Below are positions 17,068 to 26,462 of a stretch of DNA of 64,000 nucleotides, in pieces. Numbering within the stretch: position 1 is the stretch's first letter; every line of letters begins with the position of its first letter. The position numbers were made by a program, and so were the translations under genes. The notes under the pieces were generated by a model, which was not told the origin of the DNA, searched no databases, and worked only from the letters and a program-made list of their open reading frames with translations. This DNA is from a virus, in IMG/VR virus record IMGVR_UViG_3300034418_007243, positions 32,001 to 96,000 of that record. The stretch is one strand, 5' to 3'.

Positions 17068-20000
17068 ATGTATAGAATGTATAAAGAAGATGATGGTTGT
17101 TGGGAATGTCAACAAAATAAGTTTAAAAAAGGAGGAGCTAAAGGTTCTGACAAAAAATGGATACAGAAAGCTGTTAAAGGTATGCGTAAAGATAAACCTT
17201 GTACAGGCTCTAAGTTTGGAGGTCCTTCTTGCCCACCTGGTACTAAACGATATAACTTAGCTAAAGTATTTAGAGAAATGGCTGCTAAAAAGAAAAAAGA
17301 AATGGGAGGTCAATCAGCTCCTATGAACATGGCTCAAAACATTGGTCAAGATAATATTAATTATTTTACATCAACACTTAAAGATAATGCATCTCAAGTA
17401 ATGCAAGATCAAATGTTAAATCAGGTAGCTCAACAAGAAATGATGATGCCTTATTTTAACAATGGTGGTCCTAATAATATTTTTGGATATAGTAAAAAAA
17501 GTACTGATCCTAATGCTATATATTATCAAAATGCTCTTAGAGAAAATCAAGCTAATAAATTTGATTTTGGTAATTATTTATTTGATGCTGCAAGTCAGTT
17601 ACAAAAAGATATAGACTGGGCTAATACTTATAATAAAATGTACGGTCCAGAATTAAAACAAAAACAGACTAGTAAATTAAGTAAAGAATTTAGAAGAGAT
17701 TTAAGAAGTGATAATGAAGAAATATCAGATTGGGCAAAAACATGGCGGAAAGAACAATGGAGGCCAACTGTAAGAAAAAATAGAAAAGCACAAGCTAAAA
17801 TATTTTGGGATAAGCTTAATCCTTTTACTCCTAACCCTGAAATTCCTCAAGTAAATACTAATACTCAAGTACAACAAAATCAATACGGTGGAACAATAAA
17901 TTATAATGATATGAATTTTAATGGATACTACGGCATGCCTATGTATAATCAAGGTGGCATGAAAAACTATGTTTATCAAGGACAAGATACAGGTATGACT
18001 GCAGAAGAGTTTTATCAGTATCAATTAGAAACAGAAGGCCCATTTATCTTACCTGATGGTACAGACACAGGTATGTCAAAAGCTGAGTTTATGGATATGC
18101 AATCTCAACAAATGCCTGAGATGCAACAGATGGATGATGGGGGTTCTAAAAAACAATCTTTTTCAGAATATTATGCTAATAAACCAAATTTAAGTCAAAG
18201 ATTTAATAAATTATGGGGTTCCTCAAATTCTCCAAATTTTGAATTTTCTTTAGATACTGATGGTGATGGAATGGTTAGTCAAGAAGAATTAAGAGCAGCA
18301 ACAGGTAACTATAAATATAACACAGGTGATCCTTTTGGTTACAGTTTTTTAAAAAATTATTTTTTTCCACCAGCAACTAACGGTTTATATAGACCACAAA
18401 GTTCTCAACAAGCAGCAACTTCTACATCAAGTAGTGACTATCCTCTTATTGATGGAAAAGAAATGACAGAATCACAAAAAAAGAATCATGATCGCATGAT
18501 TGCAGGAGGATTTGAATTTGATCCCGCTACAGGTAGTTATCAACAAACTTCTCCAAAAAAACAAACACAAACTAAAAACACTAAGCAAAAAAATACTACA
18601 AACACTCAAACGGAAGAGGTAGATGAAAATGTAGCTTCAGTAGAAAATACAGCAGAATTATTAGAAAATAATACAACAGGAACTTCTGATGGAGCTGCAG
18701 GAGTAGATGCTGGAGCATCTGATGGAGCTGTAAGCTCAGATGCTGGAGCAAGTGATGCAGTAGTAGCAGATAACGCAACGGGAACTAATAATAATATAAC
18801 TCCAGTTTATGCTCCGTCACCTCAAATAGGATATGCGGGTGTTCCTGTTTTGCAAGGCCAGTTTATTATGCCTGGTCGTACAACAAGAAATAGTTATGTT
18901 CCTGGTGGTTATGGTTTAGCTCCTATAGCTTATAATGCTGCTGGAACTTATTTAGATGAGTATAATAGTGTATCAAGAGCAGGTGGATTAAGAGGTTTTT
19001 TCAAAGGCAGGGAGAATGAATATAATCTGAAGTTTAAACATAACATGCTTACTGATGATCAAAAAAATCAACTGTTTCAAATAGAGATGCGTAGAAGAGG
19101 TTATAATCCAGATGGTACATCTATAAGTGGAGGAACAGGAAGTAGTGCAGATGCTGAAAAAGCTGCAACTGATGCAGCTGCTGTAGTAGACCAAGTAAGC
19201 AAAGATGAAGCTAAAAAAGCTGTAGCAGAAAGAACTGCTCAAGGACTACCTCCAAATACAAACCCTACAAGCAAGCTAGGTCAAGAACCTAACTTCCCTA
19301 TAGATTTATCTATGATGAATCAAGAAGCTGCAAATACTGTAGATGAATTAGTACAAGAGCAAAATAATCCTAACACTACAGGAAATAATAGAAATGTTAT
19401 TACAGGACAATCAAATACTAATAAATTAAGTGTAGGAATGCAAAAAGCAGATCCTACAGGAATGGGTACGCCTCCAGCAGATTATCAACCTGTACCAACA
19501 TATTCTACAACTCCTATAAAAACTTTAACTCCAGAACCATTAGTTTCTGCAACACCTGAAACTCCTATAACAGAAAGCGAATTAGATATTGATTATTCTA
19601 AGATTCCTATAGATGAATCACCTACTGTTACAGGTAATAAACCTACACCTGAAGAAGAAGATGCAAGAGTTCAGGAACAAATTAATATGGCTGAAAATAA
19701 AGGTTTTTATGGCGGTGGTACTGTAAGAAGAAAATCTTATATGAATGGAGGTAATGTTCAATTGCAAGCATTACATAATGAAATGCAAGCTTTAACTGCT
19801 AGACAAAATGAAATTAGAAATTTGATTAATAATCAAATGTTTAATTCAGGTCAGTCACAATTACCTACACAAATGCAACAACCTATGCCTATGCAGCAAC
19901 CTATGCAGCAACCTGTAGCTAGATTTGGTTATCAAGTTAAAAACGGTAACTTAATGAATAGTTATGCTAAAGGAGGAAGTTTTAATAATCCTGGTTTTAT

Positions 20001-20193
20001 GTCTTTACCTGATTCTGTTCAACAAAAAATTATGACAGCTAGCCAAAATAAAATGGCAATGGGTGGAGCTTATGATTATTATGGTGGTGGCGGAAGTCAC
20101 ATGGATTATAATGAAGGTGGAGAATACTATCTATCAGATGATGAGATTCAAGCTTTCTTAGAAGCAGGCGGTCAATTAGAAATAATGGAATAA
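17068..20193 (+). CDS. Low-complexity (Q/N/M/G/T-rich) internal virion cargo protein
   Basis: 1041 aa, likely largely disordered; many xxGG motifs; EF-hand-like loop DTDGDGMVSQEE; position in cargo cluster. Confidence 0.6.
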   Translation: MYRMYKEDDGCWECQQNKFKKGGAKGSDKKWIQKAVKGMRKDKPCTGSKFGGPSCPPGTKRYNLAKVFREMAAKKKKEMGGQSAPMNMAQNIGQDNINYFTSTLKDNASQVMQDQMLNQVAQQEMMMPYFNNGGPNNIFGYSKKSTDPNAIYYQNALRENQANKFDFGNYLFDAASQLQKDIDWANTYNKMYGPELKQKQTSKLSKEFRRDLRSDNEEISDWAKTWRKEQWRPTVRKNRKAQAKIFWDKLNPFTPNPEIPQVNTNTQVQQNQYGGTINYNDMNFNGYYGMPMYNQGGMKNYVYQGQDTGMTAEEFYQYQLETEGPFILPDGTDTGMSKAEFMDMQSQQMPEMQQMDDGGSKKQSFSEYYANKPNLSQRFNKLWGSSNSPNFEFSLDTDGDGMVSQEELRAATGNYKYNTGDPFGYSFLKNYFFPPATNGLYRPQSSQQAATSTSSSDYPLIDGKEMTESQKKNHDRMIAGGFEFDPATGSYQQTSPKKQTQTKNTKQKNTTNTQTEEVDENVASVENTAELLENNTTGTSDGAAGVDAGASDGAVSSDAGASDAVVADNATGTNNNITPVYAPSPQIGYAGVPVLQGQFIMPGRTTRNSYVPGGYGLAPIAYNAAGTYLDEYNSVSRAGGLRGFFKGRENEYNLKFKHNMLTDDQKNQLFQIEMRRRGYNPDGTSISGGTGSSADAEKAATDAAAVVDQVSKDEAKKAVAERTAQGLPPNTNPTSKLGQEPNFPIDLSMMNQEAANTVDELVQEQNNPNTTGNNRNVITGQSNTNKLSVGMQKADPTGMGTPPADYQPVPTYSTTPIKTLTPEPLVSATPETPITESELDIDYSKIPIDESPTVTGNKPTPEEEDARVQEQINMAENKGFYGGGTVRRKSYMNGGNVQLQALHNEMQALTARQNEIRNLINNQMFNSGQSQLPTQMQQPMPMQQPMQQPVARFGYQVKNGNLMNSYAKGGSFNNPGFMSLPDSVQQKIMTASQNKMAMGGAYDYYGGGGSHMDYNEGGEYYLSDDEIQAFLEAGGQLEIME
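18688..18765 (+). repeat. Imperfect 33-bp in-frame tandem repeat
   Basis: DGAAGVDAGAS-DGAVSSDAGAS-DAVV. Confidence 0.6.
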
Positions 20194-20203
20194 AACATTA
20201 ATA

Positions 20204-23095
20204 ATGAAAAGAGTTAAAATAACTAAAAATTTACCTACAGCTAAATACGGAACTGAATTAAAAAATCAAGTTCCTTATATAGATAATACAGCTGCACCTA
20301 ACCTAGGTATAGGAGATGTAGGAAGTAACCCCAGAATCTCCGTAAACAAAACATTAAAATCTGTACCTAGAGAAAAAGCTAATTTAGAAGCAGAAGTAGG
20401 TGAGACAGCTGTAACTGATCTTAATAGTGATGGTTTACCAGAATTTTATAAGATTGGAGGACAGAAACATTCTAAGGGTGGAACTCCTCTTAATCTACCA
20501 AATAACTCTTTTATCTTTTCTAACTCTAAAGAACTAGCTATAAAAGATCCAAAGTTATTAATGCAGTTTGGAAAATCTGTTTCTAAAAAAAATAAGAAAG
20601 GATTTACACCAGCTCAACTTTCTAAAGCTTATGATATAAATAATTATAGGCAAGTACTTGCAGATCCTGATTCAGATATGAAACAAATAGAAACTGCAGA
20701 AATGATGATTAAAAACTACATGGATAAGTTAGGAGCATTAGCTTTAGTACAAGAGTCTATGAAAGGTTTTGAAAATGGTATTCCTAATATATCATTACCA
20801 TACTTACAAAAAATAGGTATATCTAGTGAAGATATACTTCCTCCACCACCTCAACAATCTATGCCTCCACAACAAATGCCACAGCAAATGCCAAAGGCTA
20901 CCAATGGTTTAGAAGTTTTTAATGATTTTTATAATTCAGATTCTTCTGATAAAGAATATCTTAACTCTTTTAATAATGGAACAGGTGATTGGGTTGACAC
21001 AGATATATCAGTTAAAGAAAAAACAAAAGGTGCTTTTAATCCGGCAGCTGCAGCTAAGTTTGCAATGGATGGGATTTATGGAGGAATAATGGATTGGGAA
21101 GCAGGTAAACAAAAAGCTAAGAATGAAGAAAGACTTGCAAAAGGAACTGTAACAGCTGGCTTTAATCCTGTTGGTGCTGAGAGTGGAAAATGGGGACCAA
21201 ATACTAGAATGTATGATGCTAAAGATCAAGAGTATCCTGTTCAGTTTGATATATATACAGGTGATGATTCTTTTGTAAAATACGGTGGTCCTATAAAAGC
21301 TAAGTATGGTACAGAAGTAAAAACACCTAAATATGAGCATGGAGGTCCTCATACAGAAACAGTACCAGAAACTTCTACTAAACCTACTAAAACACAAAAT
21401 TTACCTGATGATGCTGTAGTATATGATGTTACAGATCCTAATTATGATCCTGGTAAAGTTAAAGAAGGTAACTACATTAAAAGAGATGGTAAACTTTATA
21501 AAGTAGGTAAAAGAGTTTATCCTGAATATAAAGGGCCTAGTGTAGATAAATTAGACCAAAGACTAAAAGGAGAATATGGTGACCGTAGAGAAGATTACGG
21601 AAGACTTGTTTATAAGTTTAATACAGATGAAGATCTAAGAAAAGCTTTTATTAAAAACTTTGATGAAGAAGTAGCTGGTTTACGCCCTGGAAAAAATTAT
21701 ACACAAGGACACATAGATAAACTCAAAAGTTTAGATGATCAACAAAAGATTGATTATTTTCTAAATGGTCAGAAACATAACATGATGATTTCTGCACAAA
21801 TGGGAGATGTAGCCAATGTTACAAATGTAGGTCAATGGGATAGAGGTAAAAAGAATGCTCAAGGTATACCTGTAAACTATGCAGCTGCTGTAAAACAAGT
21901 TGGTTTAGAACCTTTAACTGTTGATCAAACTTTAGGTTTGCAAGCAGGATATATTGGTGTGCAAAAAATGGAGAATGATCCTGAACTTAAAAAGAAACTA
22001 AAAAACTTTAATATATTTCAAAGTGGTGTAGGAGATGAAGGAGCTGCAGGTAAAAAAACAATATCTGAAGCAGATGGATGGCAAGGTAATACTACATCAG
22101 GAGAAATGCTTAGATGGAAGCCTACTGATTTTACTTTTGAAGAAGAAGAAGTAGAATGGACAGAAGAAGCTAAAAAAGAAGAAGAACCAGAAAAAGAAAC
22201 TAAAGGTGTAGAAGATAAATCAAGATCTACTTACACACCCTATTGGACTCAAGATTTACGTAATGTTAGTGGAGCTTTATATGACTTAGCTTCTGTTAAG
22301 AAATATGATCCTTGGCAAGCAATGCCTCAAATGTCTTTAGCAACTCCAAATTTTGCTGACTTTAGAGGAGCTGCTTCTAGATTAGGTTCTATGGCGCAAT
22401 CTGGCGCACAACAATTATCTAGTTTTGGAACACCTCAAGCTTTTGGAGCAGGTTTTGCAAACATCCAAAGAAATATAGCACAAAATATAGGTCAACTTCA
22501 AGATCAAGAATATAAAACAAATGTTGCTACAGCTAATCAATTTGAGATGTCTAACACAGCTCTTAAAAATCAGTTTTCACAATTAGCTGCAAAAGCAAGA
22601 ACGGATCTTTATGATAAGCAAATGATAGCTAACCAGCAATATGATAATGCTAGAAGAGCTTTGCGTTGGAACATGATTAATGCTATGAATCAAGCAGATA
22701 CTAACAGAGGTTTAACGCAAACAGCAAATACATTAACACCAAATCAATATCTTGATCCTACAACAGGTTTTACAACTTTTAGAGATGATGGTAGACAATT
22801 TTTACCAACTACAAAAACTCCATCAGTACAAGAGCAAGTATTAAAAAATGCACAAACATACATGAGAGATAACCCAGGTATGGATTGGGCAACAGCTACT
22901 AAAATTGCGTCTACAGGAATAAATAAAAATACTACTTCTACAACTGCAAATAATGAAAGTACACTTCAAGGTTATCCGGGTTATCCGTTAAATTCTAATA
23001 GGAGAAAAAGACAACAACCTGCCTATAGTCGCTTTATGCATGGGGGTTCTAATTCAAAGAAAAAGTGTAGAGTTTTAAGATTACCAAACAAATAA
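20204..23095 (+). CDS. Internal virion cargo protein
   Basis: 963 aa; ANLEAEVGE...GGQKHSKGGTPL...FIFS segment typical of crAss-like cargo proteins; Q/N-rich helical C-terminus. Confidence 0.6.
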   Translation: MKRVKITKNLPTAKYGTELKNQVPYIDNTAAPNLGIGDVGSNPRISVNKTLKSVPREKANLEAEVGETAVTDLNSDGLPEFYKIGGQKHSKGGTPLNLPNNSFIFSNSKELAIKDPKLLMQFGKSVSKKNKKGFTPAQLSKAYDINNYRQVLADPDSDMKQIETAEMMIKNYMDKLGALALVQESMKGFENGIPNISLPYLQKIGISSEDILPPPPQQSMPPQQMPQQMPKATNGLEVFNDFYNSDSSDKEYLNSFNNGTGDWVDTDISVKEKTKGAFNPAAAAKFAMDGIYGGIMDWEAGKQKAKNEERLAKGTVTAGFNPVGAESGKWGPNTRMYDAKDQEYPVQFDIYTGDDSFVKYGGPIKAKYGTEVKTPKYEHGGPHTETVPETSTKPTKTQNLPDDAVVYDVTDPNYDPGKVKEGNYIKRDGKLYKVGKRVYPEYKGPSVDKLDQRLKGEYGDRREDYGRLVYKFNTDEDLRKAFIKNFDEEVAGLRPGKNYTQGHIDKLKSLDDQQKIDYFLNGQKHNMMISAQMGDVANVTNVGQWDRGKKNAQGIPVNYAAAVKQVGLEPLTVDQTLGLQAGYIGVQKMENDPELKKKLKNFNIFQSGVGDEGAAGKKTISEADGWQGNTTSGEMLRWKPTDFTFEEEEVEWTEEAKKEEEPEKETKGVEDKSRSTYTPYWTQDLRNVSGALYDLASVKKYDPWQAMPQMSLATPNFADFRGAASRLGSMAQSGAQQLSSFGTPQAFGAGFANIQRNIAQNIGQLQDQEYKTNVATANQFEMSNTALKNQFSQLAAKARTDLYDKQMIANQQYDNARRALRWNMINAMNQADTNRGLTQTANTLTPNQYLDPTTGFTTFRDDGRQFLPTTKTPSVQEQVLKNAQTYMRDNPGMDWATATKIASTGINKNTTSTTANNESTLQGYPGYPLNSNRRKRQQPAYSRFMHGGSNSKKKCRVLRLPNK

Positions 23096-23147
23096 ATATA
23101 TGAGGTTTGGTAAACTTATATTATTTTTGAATAATAAGATATAAGAT

Positions 23148-26100
23148 ATGGCAACGTATATAAACGGAGTAACAGATTACATACCACAAATACAACCATT
23201 TAGACCTGATTTTAATTTTTATACTCAGGCTATGCGTTTTAAGCAAAGCAAACACGATGCTGCAAGAAGACAATTAAGTGATCTTTACGGTTCTTTGCTT
23301 AATGCTCCAATGACTAGAGAAGATAATATAGCTGCTAGAGATAAATTCTTTAAAACAATTAAAGAAGATATTAATAAGCTTTCAGGTATGGATTTATCAT
23401 TAGAAGCTAATGTTCAACAAGGACAAATGTTATTTAATCAGCTTACTGATAATACTAACATTGTTAAAGATATGGTTTGGACAAAACATTTTCAAAATCA
23501 AATGGCTAAAGGAAAAGCTCTTAAAGATTGTGCAGATCCTGAGAAATGTGGTGGTTCTTGGTGGGAAGGTGGTGATAGCTATATGGCATATAAAATGCAA
23601 GAGTTTAAAAATGCTTCTGCAGAAGATGCTATGAAAATGGGTATGGTTGATTATGTATCACAGCAAGATGTTATGGGTAAAGCTATGAAGCTTGCTAAAG
23701 ATGCTGGTTTAAGTATAACAATGGATCAATTACAAGGAGGTTATATAACAACTACTAAAAATGGTCCATTACTTCAAGGCCCTCTGTCTAATTTATTTAC
23801 AGGTACTTTAGCAAAAGATGGTAAAATACTAGAGTATTATAAAGCTAAAGCTTATGTAGATAGAAAAAACTTTGGTATGGCTAATGCTGATAAGTATGGT
23901 TCAGTTGAAGCTGCAGAGTCTTTTTATATACAGCAGAATGCTGACATGTTAGAAAAGCTTTACAATACTCAAACTCAGACTACTAAAGATGATGCTGCTA
24001 CAAATAAAAAAATCAAAGAAGAAGTTCTTAATGATGTAAATAAAAATGGAGCTAATCCTAAAAGTACAGTTTGGTCTGAGTTAGAACAAATGGATCTTGA
24101 AGAAAAAGGTTATGAATCTTCTTCTAAAGTATACGAAAACGCAGGTAATGAAACTGCTTTAGCAAAAAGAAACCTATCAGGTAGAGCACTTGATGGTGCA
24201 ATGGCTGCTTATTACTTAGGTAATGATATAAATAAAGCTGCACAAACTCTAGCAATGAAAGACTATGAGTTTAAAATGGAAGCAGATAAATATTCTTTGG
24301 AAGCCGTACAACAAAGAAACAGACTTTTACTAGAAGATGTTAAGCAAAAAAATAGGCTTGACATGGAGAAGTTCAAGTTTGATAATGAAAGATATCTTAA
24401 GCAAATGGAGCTTATGGGTCCTGCAGCTCTTAATACACCTTCGGAAACTATTGTAAATGGTTCTACTACAGGAAGTTTAACTTGGAATGAAGATGGTTAC
24501 ATGGGTTATGATAAGCTAGAAGCAGGAGCTAATCAATTTTCTGAAGATTATCAAAAGATGCAAAATGATTTAAGTGCTCCTGAAAAAGGAATTCTTTCTA
24601 TGGCGTATAAAGCTACAGAAAGTGCAGCATCTTTAGGTAATACTCAAGCTAAGTCAGATTATGTTGCAATGACAATGGATTACTTAGCAGCTCAAGGAGC
24701 AGCTGATCCGCAATCAGGCTTGGATATTAAATCTGTAGGAGTTGATCAAGAAAGTCAAGATCCTTCCAGAGAAATGGTTAGTGCTAGAAGACAAGAGTTT
24801 AATAATACTTTAGCAAAAATACAATCTGCAAAAAGCTTAGATGAAAAATTTGCTATAGCTAAAAAAGCTGGTGTAGATATAAATTCTTTATCTGGTTTTG
24901 ATGCAGATCAAATGTATATGAATACTGTTGAAAAATTTTCTGCAGATAATGCTCAAGGTGAAAATATAAGAAGACCTTATATGCGTCAAGTAAACCAAAT
25001 GGCTATTGCTAATAAAGAAAACATTAAAGCTAAGAGAGAATACTTAGCTAAGATGGATTCTGCATATGCTAATTTAGCCCTTGGTGTTATCAATAAAGTT
25101 AAAGCTGGTAAAGGTGGTTATAGCCAAGAAATGATTGATGCTATGGAAGCTTATATAGATACTGAAACTGGACATGCAAAAAGTTATGAAGAGTTTGAGA
25201 AAGCTTACATGGCTAAAGGTTATACTAGAGAACAAGCTCAGGCTATTTATAGACAAGATGAAGAGTATGATTACAGCACTTCAGGAGCTGGTAGTTATGC
25301 TAAATCTATAGGTAGAAATATTTATGAAGCAGCTGAAGGCGCTGCTATACCGGCTGCTGCAGGATGGCTTTCAGGAACAGCTGCCGCTGCTGTTTCTGCA
25401 GCTGGTGGTACTGCTGCTGCAACAGGACCTTTTGGTTGGGGTGCTGCTGCAGTTGCTTTTTTAGCTGCTAATGGTTTATATAATTTATGGGAAGCTACAC
25501 TAGGTGATGGTGACTATGGTTTAATAGGATTTGATTTTAAAGGTCCTGGATATTATGAAGGCAATAGAGGAGGTTATGGAGCAACACCTGAGACAGGTGG
25601 TGTAGGTAAAGGTAATCCTGGTTTATTAGATGCTTGGAAAAGAGCTTTTTCAGCACAAGCTGATCCTCCAGGAGATTATGGTTGGATGAATATACATGGT
25701 TTAGGCCAAAGATCTACTAAAGCAATTAACTATCAAATTGTAGATCCTAAATATACAGGAGCTGCTTCTACTATAGGAACATTAGGTATGATGAAAGATG
25801 TTTTAAGATCTACTAATGCTAAAGTAACTATGGGTGGCTTTGGTCAAGAAATACCTGAAGAAGTAGATGCTGAAGCTTTAAAAATACTTGGTATAGCAAT
25901 GACAGATATGTCAACTAATACAAAAGGAGCTAGTAGACTAACTCCTAATGTTACATATAGTCATATAGCTGGAGGAAATGATGATTGGGTAGCAATGAAT
26001 ATAAAGTTTAATGATGCTTTCTCAAATAGATTTAAAGGTAATGAAGATAATCCTGGTCCAACAAGAGGTTTACAAAATCAACTTAGAGATGAAGGTATAA

Positions 26101-26459
26101 CAATGTATGTACCCAAAGCAGAAGCTAATAATATATTTACTACTAATGCTGAAAGAACTAGTTTAGATATATTAATGGATTATAATAATGAAGTAACTAT
26201 TGATGCTTCTCCTAGATATACAAAAGGTCTTAGAGTAACTAGAGGACCTAATGGTTATTATACTGAAGGTTTAGCTGCTCAAGGAATAAATCCTGATGGT
26301 TCTTTTGACTGGGTAGCTTTTCAAAAAGATTACGGAAATAATGTAGACTTAACAAGTGCTTTTGCTGATGCAAATAAGTTAGCTGTTGATATTGATAAAG
26401 TAATGCAACTTCAAGAGAAACAGTGGAATCTTGCAAATGGTATAAAAGAAACAAGATAA
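23148..26459 (+). CDS. Large cargo/ejection protein with Ala/Gly-rich membrane-like segment
   Basis: 1103 aa; hydrophobic stretch AAIPAAAGWLSGTAAAAVSAAGGTAAATGPFGWGAAAVAFLAA. Confidence 0.6.
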   Translation: MATYINGVTDYIPQIQPFRPDFNFYTQAMRFKQSKHDAARRQLSDLYGSLLNAPMTREDNIAARDKFFKTIKEDINKLSGMDLSLEANVQQGQMLFNQLTDNTNIVKDMVWTKHFQNQMAKGKALKDCADPEKCGGSWWEGGDSYMAYKMQEFKNASAEDAMKMGMVDYVSQQDVMGKAMKLAKDAGLSITMDQLQGGYITTTKNGPLLQGPLSNLFTGTLAKDGKILEYYKAKAYVDRKNFGMANADKYGSVEAAESFYIQQNADMLEKLYNTQTQTTKDDAATNKKIKEEVLNDVNKNGANPKSTVWSELEQMDLEEKGYESSSKVYENAGNETALAKRNLSGRALDGAMAAYYLGNDINKAAQTLAMKDYEFKMEADKYSLEAVQQRNRLLLEDVKQKNRLDMEKFKFDNERYLKQMELMGPAALNTPSETIVNGSTTGSLTWNEDGYMGYDKLEAGANQFSEDYQKMQNDLSAPEKGILSMAYKATESAASLGNTQAKSDYVAMTMDYLAAQGAADPQSGLDIKSVGVDQESQDPSREMVSARRQEFNNTLAKIQSAKSLDEKFAIAKKAGVDINSLSGFDADQMYMNTVEKFSADNAQGENIRRPYMRQVNQMAIANKENIKAKREYLAKMDSAYANLALGVINKVKAGKGGYSQEMIDAMEAYIDTETGHAKSYEEFEKAYMAKGYTREQAQAIYRQDEEYDYSTSGAGSYAKSIGRNIYEAAEGAAIPAAAGWLSGTAAAAVSAAGGTAAATGPFGWGAAAVAFLAANGLYNLWEATLGDGDYGLIGFDFKGPGYYEGNRGGYGATPETGGVGKGNPGLLDAWKRAFSAQADPPGDYGWMNIHGLGQRSTKAINYQIVDPKYTGAASTIGTLGMMKDVLRSTNAKVTMGGFGQEIPEEVDAEALKILGIAMTDMSTNTKGASRLTPNVTYSHIAGGNDDWVAMNIKFNDAFSNRFKGNEDNPGPTRGLQNQLRDEGITMYVPKAEANNIFTTNAERTSLDILMDYNNEVTIDASPRYTKGLRVTRGPNGYYTEGLAAQGINPDGSFDWVAFQKDYGNNVDLTSAFADANKLAVDIDKVMQLQEKQWNLANGIKETR

Positions 26460-26462
26460 ACT

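Noticed and set aside
19873-20890. MQQP and PQQM micro-repeats as functional elements
   Set aside because: Simple low-complexity coding repeats in disordered regions
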